A stretch of 64,000 nucleotides of DNA from Methanotrichaceae archaeon (GTDB lineage: Archaea; Halobacteriota; Methanosarcinia; Methanotrichales; Methanotrichaceae): the NCBI GenBank assembly GCA_963813075.1, contig CAWEXU010000030.1:320001-384000 (forward strand), written 5' to 3'. The first letter of the stretch is position 1, and each line of letters begins with the position of its first letter. Of this stretch, positions 11,187 through 23,076 are shown one piece after another. Below the pieces are notes generated by a model that was not told the origin of the DNA, did not search any database, and was given only the letters and a program-made list of their open reading frames with translations. A program made the position numbers and the translations under genes.

Positions 11187-14100
11187 TCAGCTCAAGCCAC
11201 CCTCCGGCCTGGCGACGGCGAGGTTTTGCAGGGCGGCCCGGAGCTCGTCCAGTTGCACCGGCTTGGATATGTAGCCGTCCATGCCAGCATTTAGACATCT
11301 CTCCCTGTCCCCCTCCAGGGCATAAGCAGTCATGGCCAGGATCCGGGGGCGATCAGCCAGATTCATATCCAAAATGGCCCTTGTGGCCTCCAGGCCGTCC
11401 ATCTTGGGCATCTGCACATCCATCAAAACCACATCGTAGCGCTTATGGACCAAAGCTGCCACCGCCTCCGCCCCGTTGGATACCACATCCGCATGGTATC
11501 CCAGCTTGGTGAGCATGAGGAGGGCAACCTTGCGGTTAACCGGATCGTCCTCTGCCAGCAAGATCTTCATATCAGAGTGATCTGCCTCCAGATCTTGTGA
11601 CCTATTCCCGCCCCGGTTCCTGGGAAATAGAGCTTCATTCATCGCCAGCTTCAAGCTGCTCTCGCTGACCGGCTTGGCCAGGGTGACCCTCCCCGGCCAG
11701 AACCTGTCGGACGGGACAAGAATGATGGTGGGCAGCTTTCTTGCCATTTCGGGGAAGAGCTTCTCCGCACCGGGAACATCGATATCCAGAATGGCAGCAT
11801 CAAAGCGGCCCGGGATCATCTCCTCCGCCTCCCTGGCTGAGACCACCGGCTGAATCAGCATTCCTAACCTCTGGGACTGGTCGATCAGCCCAATCAAACA
11901 CTCCTCGCTGCCCATCAGGGCAATTACCCTTTTGCCGGCCAATTTGTGATTGGGGGCGATATCATCCTCGATTGATTCCTCGGTCTTTATCTGAAAATGG
12001 AATGTAGAGCCCCGTCCCAGCTCGCTCTCCACCCATATACTCCCGCCCATCTGCTCGGCCAGCCTGCGGCTGATGGCCAGGCCAAGGCCGGTGCCACCGT
12101 ACTTTCTGCTGGTGGAGACATCCGCCTGGATGAAGGAATGAAAGAGCTTATTCATGTGGTCCTGGGAGATGCCAATGCCCGTATCGGCAACATAGAAGTG
12201 GAGCATATCCGGCTCATCGCCCATCCTCACCCCCAGGGTTACATTCCCATTTTCGGTGAACTTGACCGCATTGCTCAGGAGATTGACCAGGATCTGCTGC
12301 AGCCGGGCAGAGTCTCCCAGGATGGTCTGAGGGACGGAATCATCCAGATCGTAGCTCATCTCCAGCCCCTTCTCTCTACCCTTTGCCGCCACCATGGCCA
12401 TGGATTGATCCAGGCACTTGCGCAGGGAGAAGGGCTCGTGCTCCAGCTTCATCTTTCCCTCATTGATCTTGGTGTAGTCCAGGATGTCATTGATGATGCC
12501 CAGCAATGCATCGCCACTGCTGTGGATGGTCTGCACATAGTCGTGCTGCTCAGGGGATAGGTCCGTCTCCAGCAAAAGGCCGGCCAGGCCGATGACCGAG
12601 TTCATAGGAGTTCTTATCTCATGGCTCATATAGGCCAAAAAATCCCCCATCGAGCGCGATGCCTCATCCGCGGCCTTCTGAGCCTGGCGGAGCTCCTTTT
12701 CCGTCTCCTTGTGCTCAATCATCTCCTCATTGAGGGCCATGTTCACCCTCAGAAGCCAGGCCGTCCTCTCCGCCACCCTCCTCTCCAGCTCCTCCTGGGT
12801 CCGCTTCAAGACGTCCTCTGCCAGCTTCCTCTCGGTGATGTCATGGATAAAACCCTCCAGGGCCACCAGCTCTCCCGAGGGGTCGAATATCCCCTGGCCC
12901 TGCTCCCAGACCCATTTCGTGCCCAAGCTCCCGTTTATCCTGTAGGTCAGCCGGAATGGAGACTGCTTTTCCGTCGCCTCCTGAATCTCATTCCAGACGC
13001 AATCCCGATCGTCTGGATGAATCAGATCGGCATAGGATATCGCATTGCTGTGAAGGAGATCTGAGGGTGAGCGGCCGGTCAGTTCCAGGCAACCATCGCT
13101 TACAAACTCCATCGTCCTTTTGCGGTCGTTCCTGCAGCGATAGGCCATTCCAGGCAGATTGCTCATCAGGGTGGCCAGCTTTCTCTTGCTCTCCCTCAGG
13201 GCCGCTTCTGTCCTTTGGCGCAGGATGGCGTTTCCTATGCTTCCCGCCGCCGCCTGCAGTATTGCCACCTCATTTTCCATCCACTGCCGCTCAGAGTGGC
13301 AGTGGTCAATGGAGATCACAGCGCAAAAACGGCCCTCGATGAATACGGGCAGGAGGAGAAAGGAGAGGATCCCGTTATCCTCCAGAAGTTTCCGACCCGG
13401 ATCGAGGATCTTGGATGTTATGCCCTGAATGGGATTGCCGCGGGAGAGGGTATCCTGCCAGCCGATGAATTGGTCCCAGTAGATATTTCCAGAGAACTGC
13501 TCACCAGGCTCTCTCTGCCACTGTATTGGCTCCTCGGATAGGGAATAGCTCTCCTTCCATTCAGCGCACTCCAGGATCATAATCCGATCAGCTTCAATAG
13601 AGACCCCCAGGATTCCCAGAGCCTTCCTTATGGCATCGGGATCGGTGGTGAGGAGATGGTTGGTGGCTGCTGCCACCCCCCTCAGCAGCATGTCCCGCTG
13701 GCGGAGATCCTCCTCTGCTCTGCGCCTCTGAATTAGCTTGTACATGCCGCTCATGAGAAGTGTGAGCTGGCGCACATCAGCATCATTGTACTCCTCATCC
13801 TTATTGCCCACTCCCGCCACGATGACGATCTTTCCCTTATCCATGATGGGGACGGCAATGTGGCGCAAAATTCGATGATCACCCGGCGAAGAGTATGATC
13901 CCCTGCTGCAGGAGTGGTCATTGATTATCACCGCCTCCCGCCTTTTCAGGGCTTCACCCCAGAGGCCCGGCTCAACCAGATGGTACGCCATCTTGTTCTG
14001 ATCTGCATCCTGCTCCGGCTCGGGGTCCCTGGACCAGTGGTTCATGAAGATGATGCTCTCAGTATCATCTACAAAAGCAAGATAACCAATCCTCGAGCCG

Positions 14101-14609
14101 GTGAGCTTGACCGCCGCCTGAAGGGCATAATTTGCCAGCTCCTTGAGAGAGGCCTCATCCATCTGATTGAGCTTAAGGAGGGCCTCCAGCCGGGACTCGT
14201 CCAATAAGAGCGCCTCCTCTGCACGCATGCGATCGGAAATATTATAGAAGTTGGCCAGGAAACTTACAGAGCCTTGCGAATCCTCCAAAATTCTGGTGCA
14301 GATCATCTCTGCAGTATAACATCGGCCATCGGTCCCCTGTATAGGCAGCTCTCCTTGCCATTCCCCAAGAGACAGAAGGGCAGGAATGACCTCCTCTTGC
14401 AGCTTGACTATGCCGTCCTCATCCGTGAAATCGAATACTGACCGGCCGATCATTTGAGAGGGATCCGAATATCCGCAGCTCTCTAAAAGCCAGGGATTGA
14501 CATACTCGATCCGGCCCTCAGAATCGGTGAGGACGGTGGCGGTGTGAGAGCTTTCCACTGCACGGGCCATCTTTTGCATCCTGATCTCAGCCGCTCTTCT
14601 CCCGGTCAC
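11187..14609 (-). CDS. hybrid sensor histidine kinase (PAS-GAF-GAF-PAS-HisKA-HATPase-REC)
   Basis: [49 protein letters not shown]. Confidence 0.95.
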   Translation of the reverse strand: MTGRRAAEIRMQKMARAVESSHTATVLTDSEGRIEYVNPWLLESCGYSDPSQMIGRSVFDFTDEDGIVKLQEEVIPALLSLGEWQGELPIQGTDGRCYTAEMICTRILEDSQGSVSFLANFYNISDRMRAEEALLLDESRLEALLKLNQMDEASLKELANYALQAAVKLTGSRIGYLAFVDDTESIIFMNHWSRDPEPEQDADQNKMAYHLVEPGLWGEALKRREAVIINDHSCSRGSYSSPGDHRILRHIAVPIMDKGKIVIVAGVGNKDEEYNDADVRQLTLLMSGMYKLIQRRRAEEDLRQRDMLLRGVAAATNHLLTTDPDAIRKALGILGVSIEADRIMILECAEWKESYSLSEEPIQWQREPGEQFSGNIYWDQFIGWQDTLSRGNPIQGITSKILDPGRKLLEDNGILSFLLLPVFIEGRFCAVISIDHCHSERQWMENEVAILQAAAGSIGNAILRQRTEAALRESKRKLATLMSNLPGMAYRCRNDRKRTMEFVSDGCLELTGRSPSDLLHSNAISYADLIHPDDRDCVWNEIQEATEKQSPFRLTYRINGSLGTKWVWEQGQGIFDPSGELVALEGFIHDITERKLAEDVLKRTQEELERRVAERTAWLLRVNMALNEEMIEHKETEKELRQAQKAADEASRSMGDFLAYMSHEIRTPMNSVIGLAGLLLETDLSPEQHDYVQTIHSSGDALLGIINDILDYTKINEGKMKLEHEPFSLRKCLDQSMAMVAAKGREKGLEMSYDLDDSVPQTILGDSARLQQILVNLLSNAVKFTENGNVTLGVRMGDEPDMLHFYVADTGIGISQDHMNKLFHSFIQADVSTSRKYGGTGLGLAISRRLAEQMGGSIWVESELGRGSTFHFQIKTEESIEDDIAPNHKLAGKRVIALMGSEECLIGLIDQSQRLGMLIQPVVSAREAEEMIPGRFDAAILDIDVPGAEKLFPEMARKLPTIILVPSDRFWPGRVTLAKPVSESSLKLAMNEALFPRNRGGNRSQDLEADHSDMKILLAEDDPVNRKVALLMLTKLGYHADVVSNGAEAVAALVHKRYDVVLMDVQMPKMDGLEATRAILDMNLADRPRILAMTAYALEGDRERCLNAGMDGYISKPVQLDELRAALQNLAVARPEGGLS

Positions 14610-14614
14610 ATCTC

Positions 14615-14860
14615 TTACCAGCCTGCCACCCCCAGAGCTATACCATTGAAGGCAAATCCAAGAGCATCGCTACCCAGCTCGCATAACCGGTCAGAGGCCT
14701 TATCCGGATCACTCTTCAAGAGGGAGATCAGAGACTTGTCATCGCTTTCGCTATTCCTGCAGCGATCCACGCAACGCTCGTGGATCCTCTCTTCGAGATC
14801 CCAACTATCGAGCTTCTCCCTGATCAAAGCCCATCACTTTCCCGCACTCCAGCCAATCCA
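14615..14860 (-). CDS. short ORF, probably the frameshift-separated N-terminus of the histidine kinase
   Basis: Adding one G near 14622 gives ..[17 protein letters not shown], continuous with the kinase frame; RBS-like AGGAG near 14870. Confidence 0.5.
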
Positions 14861-15106
14861 CATATCAACTCCTTAATTAATGTATTGAATATACCTTAGG
14901 ATATATTTTAAGGCAATGAGGTCCTCTGACTGCCGCTGCCGTCTGGATCTAGAGCAGGAAGGAAGATAACAGGAGGAGGAGAATCAGTAAACATCCCCTG
15001 GTAGGTTGCATATGCGCAGCCGAACTTTTAGTTAATTTGTCAGGACATAGGATGCTTTTCTGAGTATAAAAAATGGCTATTGATAACATCTAGAGGAATC
15101 GTATCC

Positions 15107-15613
15107 TTATATAGACCTCTCCAGCAGCTGTATCAGATCCTCTGTGTTGTACTTTGATATCAGATCCAGCATTCTGTCGGTCTGCCGGTAGAAGCGCCTT
15201 ATCCCCTCGATCCTCTCCAGGGATGACACAGGCGAATTCTCCCCGGTCCTAAGATCAGCCTCCGTCCGGTCCAGAGCGATCAGGATGCACTGGAGATCCT
15301 GGCGGATGTTTATTATCATATCCCTCTTCAGCGAGTCGGGATCTGTGACAGGCAGATAGTGATATCTCTTATCCCCCGGTATGACCACCCTCTTCGCCAG
15401 CCCCAGTCTCTCAAGTGTGCCCATATTGGTGCTCACTGTGGACTTGCTGTAGCCGGTCTCCTCCACCAGCTGGTCCATGGAAAGGGGGACATCCGTCAGA
15501 AATAAAGTTCCATGTAATACCCCCACTGCATCGCAGCAGCCGCGATTATTGGCCCCCTTGACACAGGCATCTATCATATGCCTCTTCAAGACGGCCCTCG
15601 CCTCTTGATTCAT
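15107..15613 (-). CDS. GbsR/MarR-type wHTH regulator
   Basis: PLSMDQLVEETGYSKSTVSTNMGTLERLGLAKRVVIPGDKRYHY; divergent from RND gene. Confidence 0.85.
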   Translation of the reverse strand: MNQEARAVLKRHMIDACVKGANNRGCCDAVGVLHGTLFLTDVPLSMDQLVEETGYSKSTVSTNMGTLERLGLAKRVVIPGDKRYHYLPVTDPDSLKRDMIINIRQDLQCILIALDRTEADLRTGENSPVSSLERIEGIRRFYRQTDRMLDLISKYNTEDLIQLLERSI

Positions 15614-15746
15614 CACTATCGAGAAGACCACAACTTTTATCTATCTTTCGCATGTTTCGATTGGTCGGTAATATCCGAACTTTTGCCATTCTGAGCTCCC
15701 CAAGATCCTAGAGCTCTGGCAACTCCACAAAATGAGGCATAAGGCA

Positions 15747-18088
15747 ATGAACAGCTCAGAGCAGCTTGGCCGGTGGATCGCAAAAAATCCCATCCTGATC
15801 ATCGCTGCCACTCTGCTCATCACCCTGGCCTCAGTCCACTATGCCCAACAGATCGAGATGCAGGGGCTGACCACAGAGAGCATGGTGGGCAAGGACTCCA
15901 CCCTTTATCAGATCTATGACCATCTCTTTGTGCAGAACTTTGGTACCGAGTCCATCGCCGTATTGATCGAGGCGGACGATGTGGCAACTCCGGAGATCCT
16001 CCGGGCAACTCTCGTCTTCTCCGATAAGATGAAAGAGGCACCGGATGTCCTCTCCGTCACCAGCATCGCCGACATTGTGGCCGATGCGGAAAAGGAGAGC
16101 AGCGGAAGGAGGATTGTTCCCGATCAGGAGAGGATAGACCAGATACTGTCCAAGGACAGTCCCATACTGGCAGCGATATTGCCCGACCGGAGCCATACCA
16201 TGCTCTCCATAGAACTGCCGGTCTCCCTCACGGAAGGCGAGCAGGGAGAGCTGTACCAGGAGACAGAAGGCCAGATGCAACTGGCCGGCTTTCCTGCGGA
16301 CACCAGACTGACGGTCACCGGCCAGCCTGCCCTGATGAACTCCATTACAGGGGAGATGGCCAAGAGCAACGGCCCCATCCTCCTCCTGGCGGGATTTCTG
16401 ATGATAGTGGCATTGCTTTTGACATTCAACCAGGTGAAGTGGTCTCTCCTCCCCATCCCAATCGTCTTTTTGGGGGTTGGCTGGACCTTCGGTGCCATGG
16501 GCCTCTTGCATATACCTTTCACTATGGTGTCGATGTCCGCATTTCCGGTCCTGATCGGCATAGGCATTGACTATGCCATCCAGTTCCAAAACCGGATAAA
16601 TGAGGAGTTCAACCCGCACCGGCCAGCCAGAAAGAGCAGTGATAGAGACGGTCAAGTCACGTCACCAAGCCGGTGATAATTGCTCTGATCATAACCTCCA
16701 TGGGCTTTGTATCTCTGCTCACTTCATCCATCCCCATGGTCAGGGACTTCGGACTGATCTGCTTGATCGGACTGATCCTCTGCTTTCTCTCCGCTCTCTT
16801 TGTGGGGGTGACCATCCTCTACCTATCCGCCGGAAAGCCACAGACCCGTCAGCCAATAGAGGAGCATACGGTGCAGGATCTGAATGCCCGGCAGAAAGGC
16901 CGCCAGAGTAGAGAGGAGACGATAATTGAAAGGATCCTGGAGGGGGTCACAGGCTTTTGCATTGAGAGGTGGCGGCTGATTTTGGCCATCGCCCTCATCC
17001 TCTCTCTGGTCGGCATATACTCTGATACCCTTGTCCCTGTGGACACCGACTTCAAGAACTATGTGCCCCAGGACCTGCCCCCTCTGATAGATTTCCAGCA
17101 TATGAGCGAGACCTTCGGGGGGACAGACAGCATCCAGCTATTGGTGCAGGCCGATGATATCACCGATCCGGAGGTATTGCAGTGGATGGACGAGTTCTCC
17201 ATTTATCTGAAAAGCTCCAGAGAACAGATATTGGGATTTACGAGCATTGCCAGCCTGCTAAAAGAGGCAAACCAGGGAATTCTCCCCACAGACAGGACAA
17301 TTATCAGGGGACTGATCGATGTCCTTGCACCTAACTGGCGGGATATATACCTGGATGGACACAACACCGCTGTAATCGACCTTGATGTAGGCCAGACCAT
17401 AACCAACCTGGGCACCGAGGGCTCAGACCGGCTGATGAAGGAGATCGAGAAGGATATCGCCTGGAATCCCCCACCGGCAGGGGTCTCGGTGAGAATGACC
17501 GGCGACTCTGTGGTGATGACCACGGTCATAACTGCCCTGACCAAAGGAAGGACAGAGCTGACCCTCTTCGGACTGGTGCTGATATTCATAGTGCTCCTGG
17601 TGATCTACCGGGACCTGATTAAGGCCTTGCTTCCGGTTCTGCCCATGCTGGTGGTGGTAGGCTGGATGGGTGGAGTGATGTATCTGTCAGGGATGAAATA
17701 CACCCCACTCACCGCAACCCTTGGAGCCCTGATCCTGGGAGTGGGATCGGAATATGCCATCCTGATGATGGAGCGCTTCTATGAGGAGCTGAAGACGGTC
17801 GGAGAGCCAAAGGAGGCCCTCTATATTGCCACCAAAGCCATAGGCTCGGCATTGATCGCCTCCGGCCTCACCACCATATTCGGATTTGCCGCCCTGATAT
17901 CATCCCCCTTCCGGATCACCAATAATTTCGGGATAGTGACCGTGCTGGCCATAGTCTTCGCCCTGGCCACCACCTTTACCGTGTTTGTGGTGCTGATCTA
18001 CCGCATGGAATTGAGAAGAGAGCTGGTGAAAAATGCGGTAGGCAGGATATTCAAAGCCTTCCGGCAAATCGGGACCGAGGCGAGCTGA
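15747..18088 (+). CDS. RND/MMPL (HAE3-type) transporter, two apparent +1 indels near 16614 and 16657
   Basis: GIGIDYAIQF and GVGSEYAILM halves; corrected junction EEFNRTGQPERAVIETVKHVTKPVIIA. Confidence 0.9.
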
Positions 18089-18398
18089 TGGATATGTATT
18101 CCCATCATTTCGAAATTCTATATTGCCGGTCGGGATTATAATCGTCTGCAGCTGAAGTCCTGATTGAATGTCAAAAATAGGTATCACATACAAGTAGCAA
18201 GATACCAAAATCTATTGTTAATAATGCAGGTCGATACTGAGCGACTATATAGAAAATTAGGGCGAAATGCCTGGAGAAAACCATCTCTGAAAATCCGGCT
18301 TGAAGGCAACCTGCAAGGCAAAAGACTGCCGAATTTTTCCCCGGCAGCCCGGCCTTTTTATCGCATAAATTTTACACAGTTTTGCAGATCATTCTCCT

Positions 18399-18953
18399 TC
18401 AGGTCATGGCCATGAGCTCAAGCTTCATCCGGTCCGATTCACCAGCGCCTGATGATGATTCTGCCCTTTGGGTATCCTCATCGGAGACATAGGCCAAATA
18501 GAGCTTGCGCCTCTTGCCCTGGCTCATCTTGACATGCTTGGGATCTAGCTCCAGGGCACGCTTCATCACGCTTATGACCGTTGTCTTATTGAGGCCCAGC
18601 ATGTCCACCAGCTCGCTGGTGGTGTATCTGCCCGGCTTATCCGCCATGATATCGATCAGTGATCGGGCATGATTATCCAGGGCCTTCCCATCGCCTGAGC
18701 TGGACTCGACTGCAGCAGAAGGTCTGGCCTGCCTGGTGCGAAGCTGGCTTTTCAGGTCGGATACCTCTTTGGATAAGCGGTCGACCTGATCGATCAGCCT
18801 GCCCAAGAGCTCGACATCGCTCTTCTTGGAGTCCAGCTCCCGGGACATCTTGTCGATAGCGGATACGAGCAGGATCATGGCCTGGGCTTCTTTATGATCT
18901 CTTTCAATCTCTTCAGCTTTTGTTTTGTATAGCTCTAAAAGCTCTTCGAACAT
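18399..18953 (-). CDS. hypothetical protein, coiled coil plus C-terminal HTH-like segment
   Basis: YTTSELVDMLGLNKTTVISVMK. Confidence 0.7.
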   Translation of the reverse strand: MFEELLELYKTKAEEIERDHKEAQAMILLVSAIDKMSRELDSKKSDVELLGRLIDQVDRLSKEVSDLKSQLRTRQARPSAAVESSSGDGKALDNHARSLIDIMADKPGRYTTSELVDMLGLNKTTVISVMKRALELDPKHVKMSQGKRRKLYLAYVSDEDTQRAESSSGAGESDRMKLELMAMT

Positions 18954-19094
18954 TTATTGGCTACTCCTAGTATCTTCTAGTTCGATCTCATTTCGAAGCG
19001 AATTAAAAGGTTGCCAGTCAAGGGAAGAACTGTTAAGGTATATAATACTTTTCCTGAAATTCGCCCGGTTAAGGCCATATATAAAATAATATAT

Positions 19095-19895
19095 TTAAAA
19101 TCCGGATTTTTTAATGATAGCGGGCAGATCGCGGATGCTCTTGATGATCGCGTCCGCAGAATCCCGCAATCGGGTAGAGGGGCGGGTGTTCTGCTCTACC
19201 GTCAGGACCCCCAGGTCTGCCGCCCTCAGGGCATAGATATCATTCAGGCCATCGCCGACCATAACCACATGATCATACCTTTTCCTTAGCTCTACCACAA
19301 TCTCCTTCTTCTGCCAGGGGTTGGCGACGGGGTTCATTCGCGATGGCTCTATACCCAGATCACCCAGGCTTTTCAGGCTCCTTCTGCTATCTCCTGAGGC
19401 CAGATAGACATCCGCACCCATGTCCTTTAGATCGAGGAGCACCACCTCCAGCCCGGGAAACGGAATGCCACCGGTGCTCAATGCATAGACGATCCCGCCA
19501 TGATCCTGGTCGACGATGAATCCTGCAGTACGATAGTTCCCGGGACACTTCGCCTTCACCAGGGAGCATGTCTCCTGCAGTTCGCGCATCTTGACCGGAG
19601 AGCTCTTCAGAATCCTCAGGACCTCATCCGGCGAGATCTGGGATGATGAGCAACTGATCTTAATGCACTGCTCGCGACCTGTGGCCAGCACACCTATGGG
19701 ATCGTCGGGATTGTAGGAGATTATATTATCCGGATCGATCTGGGGGACCACCAGGGCCCGGCCGCTCTTTTCCATGATGAGCTCCCAGGTTACGATCTTC
19801 TCCAGGATCACATCTCGATGAATGTCCTTGGCCACGCGATACATCCTCATAATGGTCCCTGCCACATCCATGACCACAGCGAGATCTCCTGACAT
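19095..19895 (-). CDS. HAD-superfamily hydrolase (soluble P-type ATPase-like)
   Basis: MDVAGT, LASGD, MVGDGLNDIYALRAAD. Confidence 0.85.
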   Translation of the reverse strand: MSGDLAVVMDVAGTIMRMYRVAKDIHRDVILEKIVTWELIMEKSGRALVVPQIDPDNIISYNPDDPIGVLATGREQCIKISCSSSQISPDEVLRILKSSPVKMRELQETCSLVKAKCPGNYRTAGFIVDQDHGGIVYALSTGGIPFPGLEVVLLDLKDMGADVYLASGDSRRSLKSLGDLGIEPSRMNPVANPWQKKEIVVELRKRYDHVVMVGDGLNDIYALRAADLGVLTVEQNTRPSTRLRDSADAIIKSIRDLPAIIKKSGF

Positions 19896-20026
19896 CAGGC
19901 AGGAGTTTGGGCAAAAGGAAGAGATCAAACTATCGCCATTCAGTACAATAACTTTTTTATCTAGAAGATACAAATAGATCTCAAGCAAGGAAAAGGGGTA
20001 GGATTACGAGGGGAGTAGCGCTGGCT

Positions 20027-20722
20027 TTGTTGCTGATATCCCTCACTTCCCTGGAGTTCGTCTGCATAGCGTCTGCATTATCCGGACAGGTCCAGGAGGG
20101 GGAGTTCACCAACGGCCTGAAGGTGGCAGGGACCGGCTATTTCGAGGTGGGCGTCTCAGTAAAGGACAGGAACCTGGCTTTGGAGTATAACAGCTTCATG
20201 ACCGGAGACGGCGACCTGGAAATGGACACGGGTACCGTTGAATCCCAGAGAGCCGGGCGTCTGCCGGGCATGGGCAATAGCTCGGCCATTCCTCTGAACC
20301 TCTGGGAGAACACCAAGATAACCTACTCCGGCACCACACCCATGGTGGGGACGAAGTACATCAACTCCAAATCCTTCTGGGGAGGAATAGGGGCAGAGGT
20401 GCAGGAGTCCTTCTCCGTCACTGAGATGGAGAGAGAGGGAAGCACATTCTTCGCCTCCACTGATCCATCCTCCTACACCACCGATCCGGATAAAATCGCC
20501 AGGCTCCTTAAGACCAGCCCGGTGGATTCGGTGGGGATAGCAACCAGGAACTCCTTCAATGGAACCTGGCAGACCGACGCCCATCTGCATAAGATGTTCT
20601 CCAAGGATGTCAAGGTGCACGAGTCGTTCACAGGAACATTCGAGGTGGAAAAGAGGCTTGTCTTCCGGGATGATCCCGCCGGTGAGAAGAGCGAGGCAGG
20701 ATGCGAGGGCATAGACTGCTAG
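20027..20722 (+). CDS. secreted hypothetical protein
   Basis: Hydrophobic N-terminus; G/T/S-rich beta-type sequence. Confidence 0.7.
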   Translation: MLLISLTSLEFVCIASALSGQVQEGEFTNGLKVAGTGYFEVGVSVKDRNLALEYNSFMTGDGDLEMDTGTVESQRAGRLPGMGNSSAIPLNLWENTKITYSGTTPMVGTKYINSKSFWGGIGAEVQESFSVTEMEREGSTFFASTDPSSYTTDPDKIARLLKTSPVDSVGIATRNSFNGTWQTDAHLHKMFSKDVKVHESFTGTFEVEKRLVFRDDPAGEKSEAGCEGIDC

Positions 20723-20991
20723 ATCCAGCCCCTGAAAGCAGGCCCTCTTAGAGAAGGACGAGCGGTTGTATGAATCGGCATGCAGTTTAGGCGACGAAGA
20801 GTATGCCTCCCACCAAGGGGCGCTCTGGCCTATCCCCGCCGGCTGCGAAAGAAAGCCAGCCAGCCACGATGGATGAAGGCCGAATTCATGGTTTTGCCAT
20901 CTTCTAGAGGGTATATAATATCGCTCTGCCTTCATATGAATCTCATCTCAAAATAAGGCTTTTATAAACCGGAGGGGGATGGGAGGCCAAG

Positions 20992-21201
20992 GTGAGTGGA
21001 TTGATTACGAATATCGACGCTAACGGCAGGGTTCAGCTTCCTCTTGCCATCAGATACGGCCTTGACCTTTGCACTGGAGACAGGATCGCTATAGACCATC
21101 TGGGCGATGGGACCATCATTCTCAAGAAGATAGAGGACAAGGTGATTTTAGAAGGTACAGATGGTTCAAATGCCATGATGAACACGGCATCCAGCAGCTG
21201 A
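20992..21201 (+). CDS. AbrB/MazE/SpoVT-family DNA-binding protein
   Basis: IDANGRVQLPLAIRYGLDLCTGDRI..DGTIILKK; TATA-like TTTATAAA upstream. Confidence 0.8.
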   Translation: MSGLITNIDANGRVQLPLAIRYGLDLCTGDRIAIDHLGDGTIILKKIEDKVILEGTDGSNAMMNTASSS

Positions 21202-21253
21202 TTCATCCTCGCCTGAGCGCGAGGATCCTGGATCATTATCAGATAAAATATTA

Positions 21254-21327
21254 CGGACCCGCCGGGATTCGAACCCGGGCCCGAGGCTCCGGAGGCCTCT
21301 ATTCTATCCAGACTATACTACGAGTCC
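21254..21327 (-). tRNA. tRNA-Arg (anticodon CCG)
   Basis: Reverse complement folds as cloverleaf: GGACTCG/CGGGTCC acceptor stem, GAGGC-CTCCGGA-GCCTC anticodon arm, GTTCGAATC T-loop. Confidence 0.97.
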
Positions 21328-21393
21328 ACATAAAATTATAGAATATATAGGCAGCGGGCTCTCTTCCCAGAAAAGTAGCCCTACCTAATGATC

Positions 21394-21702
21394 TTAGCTT
21401 TCCAGAACGATTTCAATATTCACGTTTTTAGGAACCTGAATCCTCATGAGCTGGCGGAGAGCGCGCTCATCGGCATCAAGGTCGATAAGCCTCTTATGCA
21501 CCCTCATCTCCCAGTGGTCCCAGGTAGCTGTCCCTTCTCCATCAGGGCACTTTCTGGTGGGAACGACCATCCTCTTTGTTGGCAAGGGTATTGGTCCCGC
21601 CATATGGACGCCCGTCCTCTGGGCAATCCCTTTGACCTGGTTGCAGATATCGTCCAGCATCAAGGGATTGGTGCCAGAGAGCCGAATTCTAGCTTTTTGC
21701 AT
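21394..21702 (-). CDS. rpsJ: 30S ribosomal protein S10
   Basis: [24 protein letters not shown]. Confidence 0.98.
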   Translation of the reverse strand: MQKARIRLSGTNPLMLDDICNQVKGIAQRTGVHMAGPIPLPTKRMVVPTRKCPDGEGTATWDHWEMRVHKRLIDLDADERALRQLMRIQVPKNVNIEIVLES

Positions 21703-21725
21703 ATTTTACACCAAAAAAAGTTGGT

Positions 21726-23000
21726 TTAGCGTGGTACCACGCTTATGCACATGCCGGCAGCGACGGTCGTGCCCATATCTCTGATGGCGAACCTGCCCAA
21801 CTGGGGAATCTCCTTCACCGGCTCAATTACCATGGGCTTGGAGGGGGTGACCATGATGATGGCCGCATCTCCAGCCTTGATGAAGGCGGGATTCTCCTCC
21901 TTAACCGCCCCGGACCTCGGGTCCAGCTTGGCGAGAATGGCAGTCAGGGTGCAGGCGATCTGAGCGGTATGGCAGTGGAATACAGGAGTGTATCCAGCGG
22001 ATATGGCGCTTGGATGCTGGAGCACCACTATCTGGGCCTTGAACTCCTTGGCTACGGTTGGGGGCTTCTCCACCGATCCGCATACATCTCCCCGGCGAAT
22101 GTCTTTCTTAGAGACGCCGCGCACATTCCATCCGATGTTATCTCCGGGGAATGCCTCATTAACCTCTTCGTGATGCATCTCAATGGACTTGACCTCGCCA
22201 GCAACTCCCGCCGGTTCGAAGATGATCTTGTCGTTCTTTCTCATGACCCCGGTCTCAACTCTGCCCACGGGCACAGTGCCGACACCGGAGATGGTGTAGA
22301 CATCCTGCACCGGTACGCGCAGAGGCAGCTTGGTGGGCTTCTCAGGCACCTTGAGGTTGTTCAAAGCTTCCAGAAGGGTCGGTCCCTTGTACCAGGGGGT
22401 GTTTGCGCTCGCTTTGGCCAGGTTGTCTCCCATCAGCCCGGAGAGGGGTATGAAGGGTATATCATCAACCTTGTATCCAACCATCTTGAGCAGCTTGCTT
22501 ACCTCTTCTTTGACCTCGTTGTACCTCTTCTCGTCAAAGGGCGGAGTGGTGGCATCGATCTTGTTCATAGCCACAACCAGCTGGTTGACTCCCAGGGTCC
22601 TGGATAAGAAGACGTGCTCTTTGGTCTGCGCCATGACTCCATCCGGAACGGCCACGATCAGCACTGCTGCGTCTGCCTGGCTGGCACCGGTGATCATGTT
22701 CTTGACGAAGTCCCTGTGGCCTGGGCAGTCCACTACGGTGAAGTAGAACTTATCTGTATCGAAGCGGTGGTGAGCGATATCGATGGTAACGCCCCTCTCG
22801 CGCTCCTCTTTCAGGCTGTCCATAACCCAGGCGAACTCGAATGTCGCCTTGCCTTTGCTTGCTGCTTCTTTCTTGTACTCATCAATGACGTGGGGGTCTA
22901 CAGCCCCGGTCTCAAACATCAATCTGCCTACGGTCGTCGACTTTCCGTGGTCGACGTGTCCAATGAATGCTAGATTGAGATGTGGCTTTGCATCTGCCAT
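21726..23000 (-). CDS. tuf: elongation factor 1-alpha
   Basis: [39 protein letters not shown]. Confidence 0.99.
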   Translation of the reverse strand: MADAKPHLNLAFIGHVDHGKSTTVGRLMFETGAVDPHVIDEYKKEAASKGKATFEFAWVMDSLKEERERGVTIDIAHHRFDTDKFYFTVVDCPGHRDFVKNMITGASQADAAVLIVAVPDGVMAQTKEHVFLSRTLGVNQLVVAMNKIDATTPPFDEKRYNEVKEEVSKLLKMVGYKVDDIPFIPLSGLMGDNLAKASANTPWYKGPTLLEALNNLKVPEKPTKLPLRVPVQDVYTISGVGTVPVGRVETGVMRKNDKIIFEPAGVAGEVKSIEMHHEEVNEAFPGDNIGWNVRGVSKKDIRRGDVCGSVEKPPTVAKEFKAQIVVLQHPSAISAGYTPVFHCHTAQIACTLTAILAKLDPRSGAVKEENPAFIKAGDAAIIMVTPSKPMVIEPVKEIPQLGRFAIRDMGTTVAAGMCISVVPR

Positions 23001-23076
23001 TTTTATCTCCTCCAACTGGCACTATCCATATTTTTCAGTATTTCCGGCTTTGTGTTTAATCTTTTCGAAAGGCCGC

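Noticed and set aside
20723..20900. GC-rich intergenic tract as an sRNA
   Set aside because: Only short scattered stems; nothing supportable by eye.
20992..21327. AbrB gene beside tRNA-Arg as an integrated element or toxin-antitoxin pair
   Set aside because: No integrase, no toxin ORF, and no duplicated tRNA end noticed in the window.
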